Part shown: positions 17,421 through 27,173 of the stretch, piece after piece
Numbering within the stretch: position 1 is the stretch's first letter
Layout of the letters: each line of letters opens with the position of its first letter
Assembly: GCA_020200195.1 (NCBI GenBank)
Contig: JAIVJE010000290.1
Location: 1-37,609, forward strand
Reading direction: 5' to 3'
DNA: 37,609 nt
Origin: Acidobacteriota bacterium
Lineage (GTDB): Bacteria; Acidobacteriota; Vicinamibacteria; Vicinamibacterales; 2-12-FULL-66-21
Notes under the pieces: model-generated
Seen by the model: the letters and a program-made list of their open reading frames with translations, nothing else
What the model was told of the DNA's origin: nothing
Database searches by the model: none
Made by a program: the position numbers and the translations under genes

Positions 17421-18302
17421 TTACCTGAGCGCCCCGGCGCCCGATACGACCTCGATGATCTCGCGCGTGATGGCGGCCTGGCGCACCTTGTTCATGTACA
17501 GCGTGAGCTGATCGATCATCTCCGCGGAATTGCGGGTCGCCGCGTCCATGGCGGTCATGCGCGCCGCGTGCTCAGCGGCCGCCGACTCGAGCAGCGCGCG
17601 AAACACCTGGATTTCGACGTGGCTCGGCAGCAAAGTCGTGAACAGCGTTTCCGGCTCTGGTTCGTAGAGATAGTCGACCGCGGGCGCCTCGCCGGGGGCC
17701 GGCGCCTCGATCTCCAATCTCGGGATCGGCAGGAGCCGCTCGACGACCACGCGCTGCTGCATCACCGATTTGAACGCGTTGTACACCAGGTACACGCTGT
17801 CCGCGGCGCCCTCGACGAATGCCTCGATCGCCGCTTTCGCGATGGCCTGCGCGTCCGCGAACCGGAGCTGCGCGAACAGGTTGATCTGCTCGTACCGCAC
17901 CTCGAACCCGCGCCGCGCAAAGTAGTCCCGGCCCCGCCGGCCGACGAGTCCGAGCGCCACCTCGCGTCCGGGATTCTCCGTGATGAACGCACCGGACTGC
18001 TTGATGACGTTGGTGTTGAAGCTGCCGCAGAGACCACGGTCCGCCGTGATCACGAACAGCAACACGCGACCGCCGGCGAGCGGCGTCTTCCGCTCGTCGA
18101 GCAAGGGGTGTGACGACGGATCGACGCGGGACGCCAGGCTGTTCAACACGCGCAGCATCTGAATCGCAAAGGGACGGGCGTGCTGAATCCGCTCCTGCGC
18201 CCGGCGCAGCTTGGAGGCGGCGACCATCTTCATCGCCTTCGTGATCTGCTGTGTGGACTTGACCGCGCGGATCCGGCGGCGGATATCGAGCAGGGAGGGC
18301 AT
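17421..18302 (-). CDS. atpG: F1 ATP synthase gamma subunit
   Basis: MPSLLDIRRRIRAVKSTQQITKAMKMVAASKLRRAQ from the ATG at 18302, 1 nt after the atpA stop. C-terminal ITREIIEVVSGA. Confidence 0.93.
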   Translation of the reverse strand: MPSLLDIRRRIRAVKSTQQITKAMKMVAASKLRRAQERIQHARPFAIQMLRVLNSLASRVDPSSHPLLDERKTPLAGGRVLLFVITADRGLCGSFNTNVIKQSGAFITENPGREVALGLVGRRGRDYFARRGFEVRYEQINLFAQLRFADAQAIAKAAIEAFVEGAADSVYLVYNAFKSVMQQRVVVERLLPIPRLEIEAPAPGEAPAVDYLYEPEPETLFTTLLPSHVEIQVFRALLESAAAEHAARMTAMDAATRNSAEMIDQLTLYMNKVRQAAITREIIEVVSGAGALR

Positions 18303-18303
18303 G

Positions 18304-19833
<1,530 letters not shown>

Positions 19834-19917
19834 ATTTTTCTCGTTCGCGGGGCCCCGACCCCGCTCTCTCGCGCTTGGCGGCGGCCAACGGCCACTTCCC
19901 TCCGGCGCCTCGCTTGG

Positions 19918-19984
19918 GCCGCAGGCGCTCTTTTTCTCGTCTGCGCCGCAGGCGCTGTTTTTTCGTTCGCGCTGTTACAGCGCG
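19918..19984. repeat. Direct repeat with 27-nt period (2 copies), each a hairpin plus T-tract on the plus strand, followed by a palindrome that encloses the atpH stop codon
   Basis: GCCGCAGGCGCTCTTTTTCTCGT (19918-19940) and GCCGCAGGCGCTGTTTTTTCGTT (19945-19967). CGCGCTG-TTA-CAGCGCG (19968-19984), where TTA is the complement of the atpH TAA. Confidence 0.6.
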
Positions 19985-20526
19985 CCCTCGATCAACGCGG
20001 CTTTCAGTTTCTCGAGCTGCCGCGTGACGCTGCCATCGTAGACCGTGCTTCCGACACGCGTCACCGCACCGCCAATGATCCCGGGATCGACTCTCGCCTC
20101 GAGCTGCACCTGCCGGCCGCTGGCCTGCGCGAGCGACTGCTCGAGCGCGGCGACGCGGTCCGGCGGCAGCGCGATCGCCGTGACCACTTCCGCCTGCACG
20201 ACCTGCGCGTGTTCCCGCAACCGCTGTTGAAACGCCGCGGCCAGCACCGGCAGCAGCACGAGCCGGTCGCGCTCTGCGAGCATCAGCAGCAGCTTGTGGA
20301 GGATCGGCGACACCTGGACGCGCGCCAGCAGCTGCTCGACGACGCCGCGCTTCCGCGAGGCGGGAATCGCGGGATTGGCGAGCACCCGCCCGAGCCCCTC
20401 GTGGCCAGCCACGAGCGACGCGAAGGCGGAAAGATCGCGTTCGACTGCGGTCAAATCTGCGCGCTCCTTGGACGCCACATCGAACAACGCGCGCGCATAC
20501 CGCATGGCCAACGCGCGGCTCGTCAT
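19975..20526 (-). CDS. atpH: F1 ATP synthase delta (OSCP) subunit
   Basis: ALAMRYARALFDVA N-terminus. 183 aa. Position between the b and alpha subunit genes. 4-nt overlap with the atpF stop. Confidence 0.88.
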   Translation of the reverse strand: MTSRALAMRYARALFDVASKERADLTAVERDLSAFASLVAGHEGLGRVLANPAIPASRKRGVVEQLLARVQVSPILHKLLLMLAERDRLVLLPVLAAAFQQRLREHAQVVQAEVVTAIALPPDRVAALEQSLAQASGRQVQLEARVDPGIIGGAVTRVGSTVYDGSVTRQLEKLKAALIEGAL

Positions 20527-21182
20527 CGCGCCTCCTTCACCTGCGTCGTGTACCGATCCACCATGCGAAGCTGATCGTCGGCGGTGATAGACCCCTTGAT
20601 GCGCTGCTCGGCGATCTGCACGGCGAGCTGGGCGGCATGCTCCGTCAGCTCCCGGCGGGCCATTCGCAGCCGCGCGGCGATCTCGCGGCGCGTCTGTTCC
20701 AGCAGGCGCTGCCGCTCGGCTGCGGCGGCCTGCGCAATGCGCGCCTGTTCGGCCTTCACGTCCTCGGCGCCGCGGATCTTCAACGCGTCGAGTTCTGCCG
20801 GAAGCGTCTTCAGCTGCTGATCGATCGCGGCCAGCTGGGCGCTGGCGCGCTCGCGCAGGTCCTTCGCGGCGACGAGGTCTTGTCGGATCTGGGTGGCGCG
20901 CGAGCTGAGATAGACCGCGATGGGAGATCGGAGGAAATACACCAGCGCCCCGGCGAGCAGTGCAAAGTTGAAGAGGCGCGCGATCGTCGGGAGAACGCCC
21001 TCTTCGTGCTCGGCCTCTGGTTCGCCGGCCGTTCCTGGCTGATGCGACGGATCAGCGGTCTGCGTCGGCGGCGCGCCGGGCGCGCTGTGCTGCGCGACTG
21101 CCGGGCCCGACGCGACCGCGACGAACAGAACCGTCAGGACGAGGATCAACGCCAGCGGGTGAGATCGGGACTCGAATCGCAT
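20523..21182 (-). CDS. atpF: Fo ATP synthase b subunit with an extra N-terminal signal-peptide-like segment and a Pro/acidic linker
   Basis: The TM helix LFNFALLAGALVYFL followed by a long Ala/Arg/Glu/Gln-rich helix is typical of b. It is preceded by MRFESRSHPLALILVLTVLFVAVASGPAVAQ and HSAPGAPPTQTADPSHQPGTAGEPEAEHEE. Confidence 0.8.
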   Translation of the reverse strand: MRFESRSHPLALILVLTVLFVAVASGPAVAQHSAPGAPPTQTADPSHQPGTAGEPEAEHEEGVLPTIARLFNFALLAGALVYFLRSPIAVYLSSRATQIRQDLVAAKDLRERASAQLAAIDQQLKTLPAELDALKIRGAEDVKAEQARIAQAAAAERQRLLEQTRREIAARLRMARRELTEHAAQLAVQIAEQRIKGSITADDQLRMVDRYTTQVKEAR

Positions 21183-21209
21183 CAGTGGGGATCAGTCGCG
21201 TGTAAGAGA

Positions 21210-21635
21210 TCAGGACGCCTTGCGTCCCAGAATGCGCTCGGCCGCCGCGGCGCCCAGGGCCTCCGCCTCGGCCGACAGGCGACGGCGCGCCTCTTCGGTC
21301 TCGGCTCGCAGCACTGTCGTGGCGCTCGCAATCTCTGCTTCCGCTTCCGCGCGGGTCGCGGCAAGAATCTGCGCCCGCTCCTCGAGCGCGGTCCGGCGCA
21401 TCTCGTCCATCTGCCGGTAGATTTCCCCGCGGGCAGCGGCGGTTTTCTGTTCGAACTCTGCCGTGGCAGCACGGGCTTCGCTCGCGGAACGCTCAGCCAG
21501 CTCGCGCGCTGAGCGGATGGCGCCCTCGCGCTGCGCCATGACGCGCAACACCGGCCTGAACAACAGCCGGTCGAGCAGCACCGTCAGGAGGAGCACGAAG
21601 AAAATCACCCAGAAGACGGACAGGTCCGGGAGCAC
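21210..21635 (-). CDS. atpF2: Fo ATP synthase b' subunit (second b-type stalk protein)
   Basis: N-terminal TM FWVIFFVLLLTVLLDRLLFRPV followed by a charged helical stalk. GTG start with GGAGG 4 nt upstream. Confidence 0.75.
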   Translation of the reverse strand: MLPDLSVFWVIFFVLLLTVLLDRLLFRPVLRVMAQREGAIRSARELAERSASEARAATAEFEQKTAAARGEIYRQMDEMRRTALEERAQILAATRAEAEAEIASATTVLRAETEEARRRLSAEAEALGAAAAERILGRKAS

Positions 21636-21699
21636 GAAACCTCCGACACGCGTTGCAGGTACTCACGTCGCGAATCGCCGCGACGGAACAAAACATCAA

Positions 21700-21729
21700 T
21701 TTATACCATTGGGCAAGCCGAGGTGCCAA
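21700..21729 (-). promoter_or_regulatory. Candidate sigma-70-type promoter of the atp operon
   Basis: Minus strand reads TTGGCA (21729-21724), an 18-nt spacer, then TGgTATAAA (extended -10; TATAAA at 21705-21700). It lies in the most AT-rich patch of the selD-atpF2 spacer, about 60 nt upstream of the b' start. Confidence 0.4.
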
Positions 21730-21743
21730 GCCGGGAGCGCCCC

Positions 21744-22775
21744 TCAGCGCAGGATCAGCCGCGCGGTCGTCGGAGGGACGACCCCTCCGATAACCGCAAC
21801 CGAGACGCCTGCGCGGTTCAGCGCATCCATGACCGCGTCCAGCTGCGCGGGGTTCAGGGCCGCGAGGAGCCCTCCCGACGTCTGCGGATCGTGCATCAGC
21901 TGAACGATCTCGGGATCGATCTCCGCGCCGAGATTCACGCCCGCGCCGAAATGCTCCGCGTTCGTCCGGCCGCCGCCCGGAATGTTGCCGCTCACAAGAG
22001 CCCGAGCACCGTCCAGAAGTGGCACGGCTGACGTATTCAGCTCGAGCGTCACACCGCTCGCCGCAGCCACTTCTGTCGCGTGGCCGATGAGCCCGAAGCC
22101 CGTCACATCCGTACACGCGCGGACCGCCCCCGGCACACTGAGCAGTGCGGTGCTGGCCGCGCGGTTCAGCGAGATCATCGAGCCAACCGCAGCCTCCACC
22201 GCTGCAGCCGGCGCGCGACCGAACTTCAGCGCGGTGGCGATGATCCCCGTCCCCAGCGCCTTCGTGAGAATAAGCACATCCCCCGGACGCGCACCGGCAT
22301 TGGACCAGAAACGCGCGGGGTGCACCTCGCCCGTCACCGCATAACCGAACTTGATCTCGGCGTCCTGGACGGTGTGCCCGCCGAGCAGCGCGACGCCCGC
22401 TTCGCGAAGCTTGTCGAGGCCGCCGGCAAAAATCTGCTGAAGCACCTCGCGCTCCGCCTCTTTCGGAAAACCGGCCACGGCCAGCGCCGTCAACGGCCGC
22501 CCGCCCATCGCGTAAACATCGCTGAGCGCGTTCGCGGCGGCGATCTGCCCGTAGACGAACGGGGCGTCCACGATCGGCGTGAAGAAATCGACGGTCTGCA
22601 CGAGCGCGCGGTCCCCATCCAGCCTGTACACACCCGCATCGTCCGAGGTCCGATAGTCGATCAGGACCCGAGCGTCTGTCTGAACGGGCAGGTCGCCCAG
22701 CACCTGGGCGAGCTCACCAGCAGCGAGCTTGCTCGCTCAACCGGCGCAGGATGAGTAGTCGGTCAGTTTGCGCAC
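21744..22775 (-). CDS. selD: Selenide, water dikinase (selenophosphate synthetase) SelD, selenocysteine-containing form (343 aa with UGA read as Sec)
   Basis: The body matches SelD (DDAGVYRL, VDFFTPIVDAPFVYGQIAAANALSDVYAMGG, TDVTGFGLIGH, DPQTSGGLL). The N-terminus MRKLTDYSSCAG-U-ASKLAAGELAQVL is recovered only by reading through TGA 22737-22739. GTG 22775 is preceded by an in-frame TAA and a GGAGA SD. Confidence 0.85.
22694..22710 (-). promoter_or_regulatory. Candidate SECIS apical hairpin
   Basis: CGCCCAG-GUG-CUGGGCG is a perfect 7-bp stem with a G/U-containing loop, starting 26 nt 3' of the UGA. A second hairpin GCGAGC-AA-GCUCGC starts directly after the UGA. Confidence 0.4.
22737..22739 (-). 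other. In-frame UGA recoded as selenocysteine in selD
   Basis: The UGA aligns with catalytic Cys17 of E. coli SelD (GAG-C-GCK versus CAG-U-ASK). The flanking residues continue the SelD N-terminal loop in the same frame. Confidence 0.75.
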
Positions 22776-22818
22776 TTACGGTTCTCCGATCGTCAGCACC
22801 ATCGCACCATACACCCTG

Positions 22819-22846
22819 CACAAGAACCAAGGACCAAGGACACAAG
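22819..22846. repeat. Short heptanucleotide run: CACAAGA (ACCAAGG)x2 ACACAAG
   Basis: Read directly from the sequence in the parB-selD spacer. Only two units are perfect. Confidence 0.5.
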
Positions 22847-22859
22847 CACTACGGATGGT

Positions 22860-23714
22860 TTAGTTCCCCGTCAGCTGCTCATAGATTCTCTGCAGCTCAT
22901 TTTCGTTTGAGAAATCGATTTCGATCTTCCCTGCCTTGCCCTTCCGGACGATGCGCACGCGCGTACCGAGAGAGAAGCGGAGCCTGTCCTCAGCGGCGCG
23001 CGTGTGCACGTCTTTCTGGACCGCGGCGCGCGGCGGAGACGGCTCGCCGGCCTTCTTGATGAGCGCTTCCGTATCGCGGACGGATAACCCTTTAGCGACG
23101 ACATCCCGTGCCAGGCGCAGCTGCGCCGCCTCGTCCGGGAGGGCCAGAATCGCGCGCGCATGGCCCATCGTCAGGGCGCCGGCGCTGAGGTTCTCGCGCA
23201 CTTCATGCGGCAGCTTGAGCAGACGGAGATAGTTGGCGACTGACGACCGGTCCTTCCCGACGGCCTCTGCGATCTGTTCCTGCGTGAGCTGGAACTGATC
23301 GGACAGCCGCCGGTACGCGTGGGCTTCCTCGACGGGATTCAGATCTTCGCGCTGAATGTTTTCGATCAAGGCCGCAGCCAACAGACGATCTTCTGGAATG
23401 TTGCGGACGACGACGGGGACTCTGAGCATGCCGGCGCGCTGCGCGGCGCGCCACCGCCGCTCGCCGGCGACGATCTCGTATCCCCCTTCGGCCTCGCGCA
23501 CGACAATCGGCTGAATGATGCCGTTCGCACGGATCGACCGTGCGAGCTCCTCGACACGTCCCTCGTCGATTGTGGTGCGCGGCTGAAACCGGTTGGGGCG
23601 GAGCAGATCGGTGTCGACGTCGAGACCGCGTTCGCCGGTCGCGGGCGCCGGGGCAGGGGCGTCTGGAATCAGGGCGCTGAGTCCGCGGCCGAGAGCCTGT
23701 CGTTTGTCAGCCAA
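22860..23714 (-). CDS. parB: Chromosome partitioning protein ParB (Spo0J)
   Basis: KRQALGRGLSALI. ParB box IQPIVVRE..GYEIVAGERRWRAA. HTH QEQIAEAVGKDRSSVANYLRLLKLP. Confidence 0.93.
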   Translation of the reverse strand: MADKRQALGRGLSALIPDAPAPAPATGERGLDVDTDLLRPNRFQPRTTIDEGRVEELARSIRANGIIQPIVVREAEGGYEIVAGERRWRAAQRAGMLRVPVVVRNIPEDRLLAAALIENIQREDLNPVEEAHAYRRLSDQFQLTQEQIAEAVGKDRSSVANYLRLLKLPHEVRENLSAGALTMGHARAILALPDEAAQLRLARDVVAKGLSVRDTEALIKKAGEPSPPRAAVQKDVHTRAAEDRLRFSLGTRVRIVRKGKAGKIEIDFSNENELQRIYEQLTGN

Positions 23715-24516
23715 GGTGTCGCTCCGTGTGTGATCCAGGGGTGGCGGTTTCGCGCGCGAGCATCTCGCGCGCCAGGGCCAGGTAGGCTTCGGCGCCGCGC
23801 GATTTCACATCATAGAGGACCGCGGGCATGCCGTGGCTCGGCGCTTCGCCGAGACGGATGTTGCGGGGGATGACCGTGGTGTAGACACGTTCCTGAAAGA
23901 ACTCCCGAATGTCGCGCGCCACCTGCTGCCCGAGGTTCGTGCGCTCGTCATACATCGTCATCAGGACGCCTGCGATGTCGAGCGCGGGATTGAACGCCGC
24001 GCGCACGCGGCGCAGCGTGGCGACGAGGTCGGCGAGGCCCTCGAGCGCGAAGTATTCGCAGTTGAGGGGAATCAGCACGCCGTCGGCGGCGACGAGCGCA
24101 TTCAACGTCAGCAGCCCCAGCGACGGCGGGGTGTCGATGAAGATGTAGTCGAAGCGAGGGCGGAGGAGGTCGACGAGGGTTCTGAGCCGGTGTTCGCGGT
24201 TCGAGAGGGACACCAGTTCAAGTTCGGCGCCGGTCAGGTTGCGATCGGCTGGAATCAGCGACAGATGATCGACCTGCGTGTGGAGGATGAAGGCTCCCGC
24301 GTCAGCGATCTCGGCGGTCAGCGCCTGGTAGATCGTCCCTGCCGGGGCGGCGTGGCCTTTGTGGCCGACGCCGCTGGTCAGATTGGCCTGCGGGTCCATG
24401 TCGATGAGGAGAGTGTCCTGACCGCCGAGAGCGAGCGACGTGGCGACGTTAATCGCGGTCGTGGTTTTGCCGACGCCCCCTTTTTGATTGGCGACGGCGA
24501 GCACGCGAGCGGTCAT
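23707..24516 (-). CDS. parA: Chromosome partitioning ATPase ParA (Soj)
   Basis: Deviant Walker A VANQKGGVGKTTTAINVA. Walker B-like YIFIDTPPSLG. 8-nt overlap with parB. Confidence 0.95.
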   Translation of the reverse strand: MTARVLAVANQKGGVGKTTTAINVATSLALGGQDTLLIDMDPQANLTSGVGHKGHAAPAGTIYQALTAEIADAGAFILHTQVDHLSLIPADRNLTGAELELVSLSNREHRLRTLVDLLRPRFDYIFIDTPPSLGLLTLNALVAADGVLIPLNCEYFALEGLADLVATLRRVRAAFNPALDIAGVLMTMYDERTNLGQQVARDIREFFQERVYTTVIPRNIRLGEAPSHGMPAVLYDVKSRGAEAYLALAREMLARETATPGSHTERHLG

Positions 24517-24601
24517 TATGGTATTCGCCCTAATACCAGCACCTTGTTGGTGTCAGCGGTTACAGCGTATCTGTCGGCGTCGCCCCGGGGGTCAACCCTG
24601 A

Positions 24602-24617
24602 TGTTCCACGTGAAACA
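24602..24617. promoter_or_regulatory. parS centromere site
   Basis: TGTTCCACGTGAAACA is an exact match to the canonical 16-bp parS consensus. It lies in the rsmG-parA spacer, 86 nt upstream of the parA start. Confidence 0.85.
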
Positions 24618-24625
24618 TTCCGTCC

Positions 24626-25288
24626 TCAACGGCTCAGTCGGGCTCGTTTCGTCAGCACAGTCAGTCGACTCTGCAGTGGCTCGGCCAGCGTGTGTGTGGC
24701 GGTCCACTCGAGCGGATGGACGACAATCTCCCCAATATCAGCGCGGGTGGGTCCTTGAAACAGCATGATCTGACCGCCGGGCCGAACGAACGCCTGGATG
24801 GTGTTCAGCATTCGTGGTTCTAGTCGGACGGCGCGTAAGGACAGAACGTCGAACCGTTCGTGCAGCTCGGGCCGGGAGAGGAGTTCCTCGAAGCGGCTGG
24901 TCTCCACGGTCGTGTCAGAAAGCCCGAGATGCCGCACCGCCTCCCTCAGGAATGCCGACTTCCGCGCCTTCACCTCCACCATCGTCAGGCCCAGCCCATT
25001 CGCCGCGAGCTTGAGCGGAATCGCCGGAGACCCGCCCCCCGAGCCGACATCCATCAAACGCGTCGCGCCGACGGCTACATGGCGCGCCGCCGCGACCGGC
25101 TCCAGCAGGAGTCGGTCGATGGCAGCGTCGGGGTCTTCGAGAGCGGTGAGATTGATCTTTTTATTCCAGCGGGCGAGCAGCTCGTAGTAGGCCGTCAGCT
25201 TATCGATGAGCTCTGCAGTAAGGGGAATCCGAGCCTTGGCAGCGCGTTTCGACAGCCTTGTCCGAAAGTCGCGCACGCCCATACCCAA
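24626..25288 (-). CDS. rsmG: 16S rRNA (guanine527-N7)-methyltransferase RsmG (GidB)
   Basis: LLARWNKKINLTA and the SAM motif LMDVGSGGGSPAIPL. Conserved position between mnmG and parA. Confidence 0.9.
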   Translation of the reverse strand: MGMGVRDFRTRLSKRAAKARIPLTAELIDKLTAYYELLARWNKKINLTALEDPDAAIDRLLLEPVAAARHVAVGATRLMDVGSGGGSPAIPLKLAANGLGLTMVEVKARKSAFLREAVRHLGLSDTTVETSRFEELLSRPELHERFDVLSLRAVRLEPRMLNTIQAFVRPGGQIMLFQGPTRADIGEIVVHPLEWTATHTLAEPLQSRLTVLTKRARLSR

Positions 25289-25314
25289 GGGTAACCCAAA
25301 TGGGGGTGGGAAGT

Positions 25315-27144
25315 TCAGTGCCGTGAAAGGTGGGTCGCTATGACCGCCACGGCTGCGGGGGTGACTCCGGGGATGCGTCCGGCTTGCCCGAGCGTCCCCG
25401 GCCGCGCGTGCGTGAGTCGCTCGACCATCTCACGGGAAAGTCCCGGAATCCCCTCGAACCGGAAGAAGCCGGGAATCACGCGTTCGCTGCTCTTCTGCTG
25501 GCGGATCACAGATGCGTGCTGGCGTTTCAAGTAGCCCTCGTACTTGAACTCCGTCTCGATGCTGGCGACGTCGATCGCCGCGTCTGAGGGATCCACCTCT
25601 AAGGCGAGGCTGCCGGACGAGATCAGATCGGACAAACGAATGTCGGGCTGTTTGAGCGCCCTCGGTGCAGATAAGTATTCTCCAGCGGATCCGGGAACGC
25701 GACTGACGAGCACCCTCGCCCGGTTACGCTCAAACCGGCCCTGCCGGTAGCAAAAGCGTTCCCACCGCTCGTCGCACACGGTCCCGGCCTCGCGGCCCCT
25801 CGGTGTGAGCCGCAGATCCGCGTTGTCAATTCGAAGCAGCAGGCGATGCTCAGCGCGGGACGTGAACATCCGGTACGGTTCCAGACACCCTTTTGTCGTG
25901 AGGTCGTCGACCAGGACGCCAATGTAGCTCTCGCCCCGGCCCAGAGTGAAAGGCCCACCTCCCGCCGCGGAACGTGCGGCGTTGATGCCGGCGAGCAAAC
26001 CCTGCGCGGCCGCTTCCTCATAGCCAGACGTGCCATTGATCTGCCCGGCGAGGAACAGTCGCGGAACCCGGTGAGCTTCGAGAGTCGACGAGAGCTCGGT
26101 CGGCTGGATGAAGTCGTATTCGACGGCGTAACCCGGCCGCAGCATCACGGCCGACTCGAGCCCCGGCAGTGCATGTACGAGCTCGCGCTGAATCTCCGCG
26201 GGCAGACTCATCGAAAAACCGTTGACATAGATCTCGTCGACGTCCAGGCCTTCGGGCTCGAGGAAGATCTGGTGCCGCTCGCGCTGTGGAAAGCGCATGA
26301 CCTTGTCCTCGAGCGATGGGCAATAGCGCGGCCCGATCCCTTCAATCTGGCCGTTGAACAGCGGGGAGTGCGCGACGTTCGCCCGAACCAGGTCGTGCAC
26401 CTGCTCGGTCGTGTGGAGCAGGTGGCAGGCTATCTGATTCCTGCAGATGCCTTCCGTCAGGAACGAGAACGGCACGGGGGGCTCATCGCCGAGCGCTTCC
26501 TCGAACAACGAAAAGTCGATGCTGCTCTTCGACAGACGCGGGGGCGTGCCGGTCTTGAGCCGGCCCCACCGGAACCCGAAGGACTTCAGCGACGTCGCCA
26601 GCTCTCGAGACGGGGGCTCGTCGGCCCGCCCCGCCGGGCGACGCTCGGGACCGATATGCACCAGCCCGTTGAGGAAGGTCCCGGTTGTTACCACAAGCGC
26701 GCGGCAGGTGAATGTCTCGCCAGTTTCGAGAGCCAGGCCGGTGACGCCGTCTCCGTCCGCCAGAATCCGGCCGGCTTTACCGACGAGCCAGTGAATTTCC
26801 GCGTCCTTGTCCAGCGCTGCTTTGACCCAACCGCTGTACCGCCGTTTGTCCGCCTGGGCGCGGGGGGACCACACAGCAGGCCCCCGACTGCGATTCAGCA
26901 ACTTGAACTGGAGGCCAGTGGCATCGATTGCCTGCGCCATCAGCCCGCCCAGCGCATCGATCTCGCGAACGAGATGTCCTTTGGCGGTGCCGCCCACCGC
27001 CGGATTGCACGGCATGTGTGCGACCGTCCCATCCGACAACGTGCAGATCCCGACGCTGCCGCCCATGCGGGCTGCCGCCCACGCGGCTTCCACTCCGGCG
27101 TGGCCGGCGCCGATCACGATCACGTCAAAGTCCGGCGACTTCAT
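25315..27144 (-). CDS. mnmG: tRNA uridine 5-carboxymethylaminomethyl modification enzyme MnmG (GidA)
   Basis: FAD-binding [47 protein letters not shown]. 609 aa. Confidence 0.97.
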   Translation of the reverse strand: MKSPDFDVIVIGAGHAGVEAAWAAARMGGSVGICTLSDGTVAHMPCNPAVGGTAKGHLVREIDALGGLMAQAIDATGLQFKLLNRSRGPAVWSPRAQADKRRYSGWVKAALDKDAEIHWLVGKAGRILADGDGVTGLALETGETFTCRALVVTTGTFLNGLVHIGPERRPAGRADEPPSRELATSLKSFGFRWGRLKTGTPPRLSKSSIDFSLFEEALGDEPPVPFSFLTEGICRNQIACHLLHTTEQVHDLVRANVAHSPLFNGQIEGIGPRYCPSLEDKVMRFPQRERHQIFLEPEGLDVDEIYVNGFSMSLPAEIQRELVHALPGLESAVMLRPGYAVEYDFIQPTELSSTLEAHRVPRLFLAGQINGTSGYEEAAAQGLLAGINAARSAAGGGPFTLGRGESYIGVLVDDLTTKGCLEPYRMFTSRAEHRLLLRIDNADLRLTPRGREAGTVCDERWERFCYRQGRFERNRARVLVSRVPGSAGEYLSAPRALKQPDIRLSDLISSGSLALEVDPSDAAIDVASIETEFKYEGYLKRQHASVIRQQKSSERVIPGFFRFEGIPGLSREMVERLTHARPGTLGQAGRIPGVTPAAVAVIATHLSRH

Positions 27145-27173
27145 CTGTATTGCAATCTACGTTGCATTACCAA

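Noticed and set aside
21713-21728. Sigma-54-like element TGGCAC-ctcggc-TTGC on the minus strand upstream of the atp operon
   Set aside because: GG and GC are separated by 11 nt instead of the invariant 10. The same bases fit a sigma-70 -35 (TTGGCA) with a good extended -10. This would have been tempting because an enhancer-binding protein is encoded in the window.
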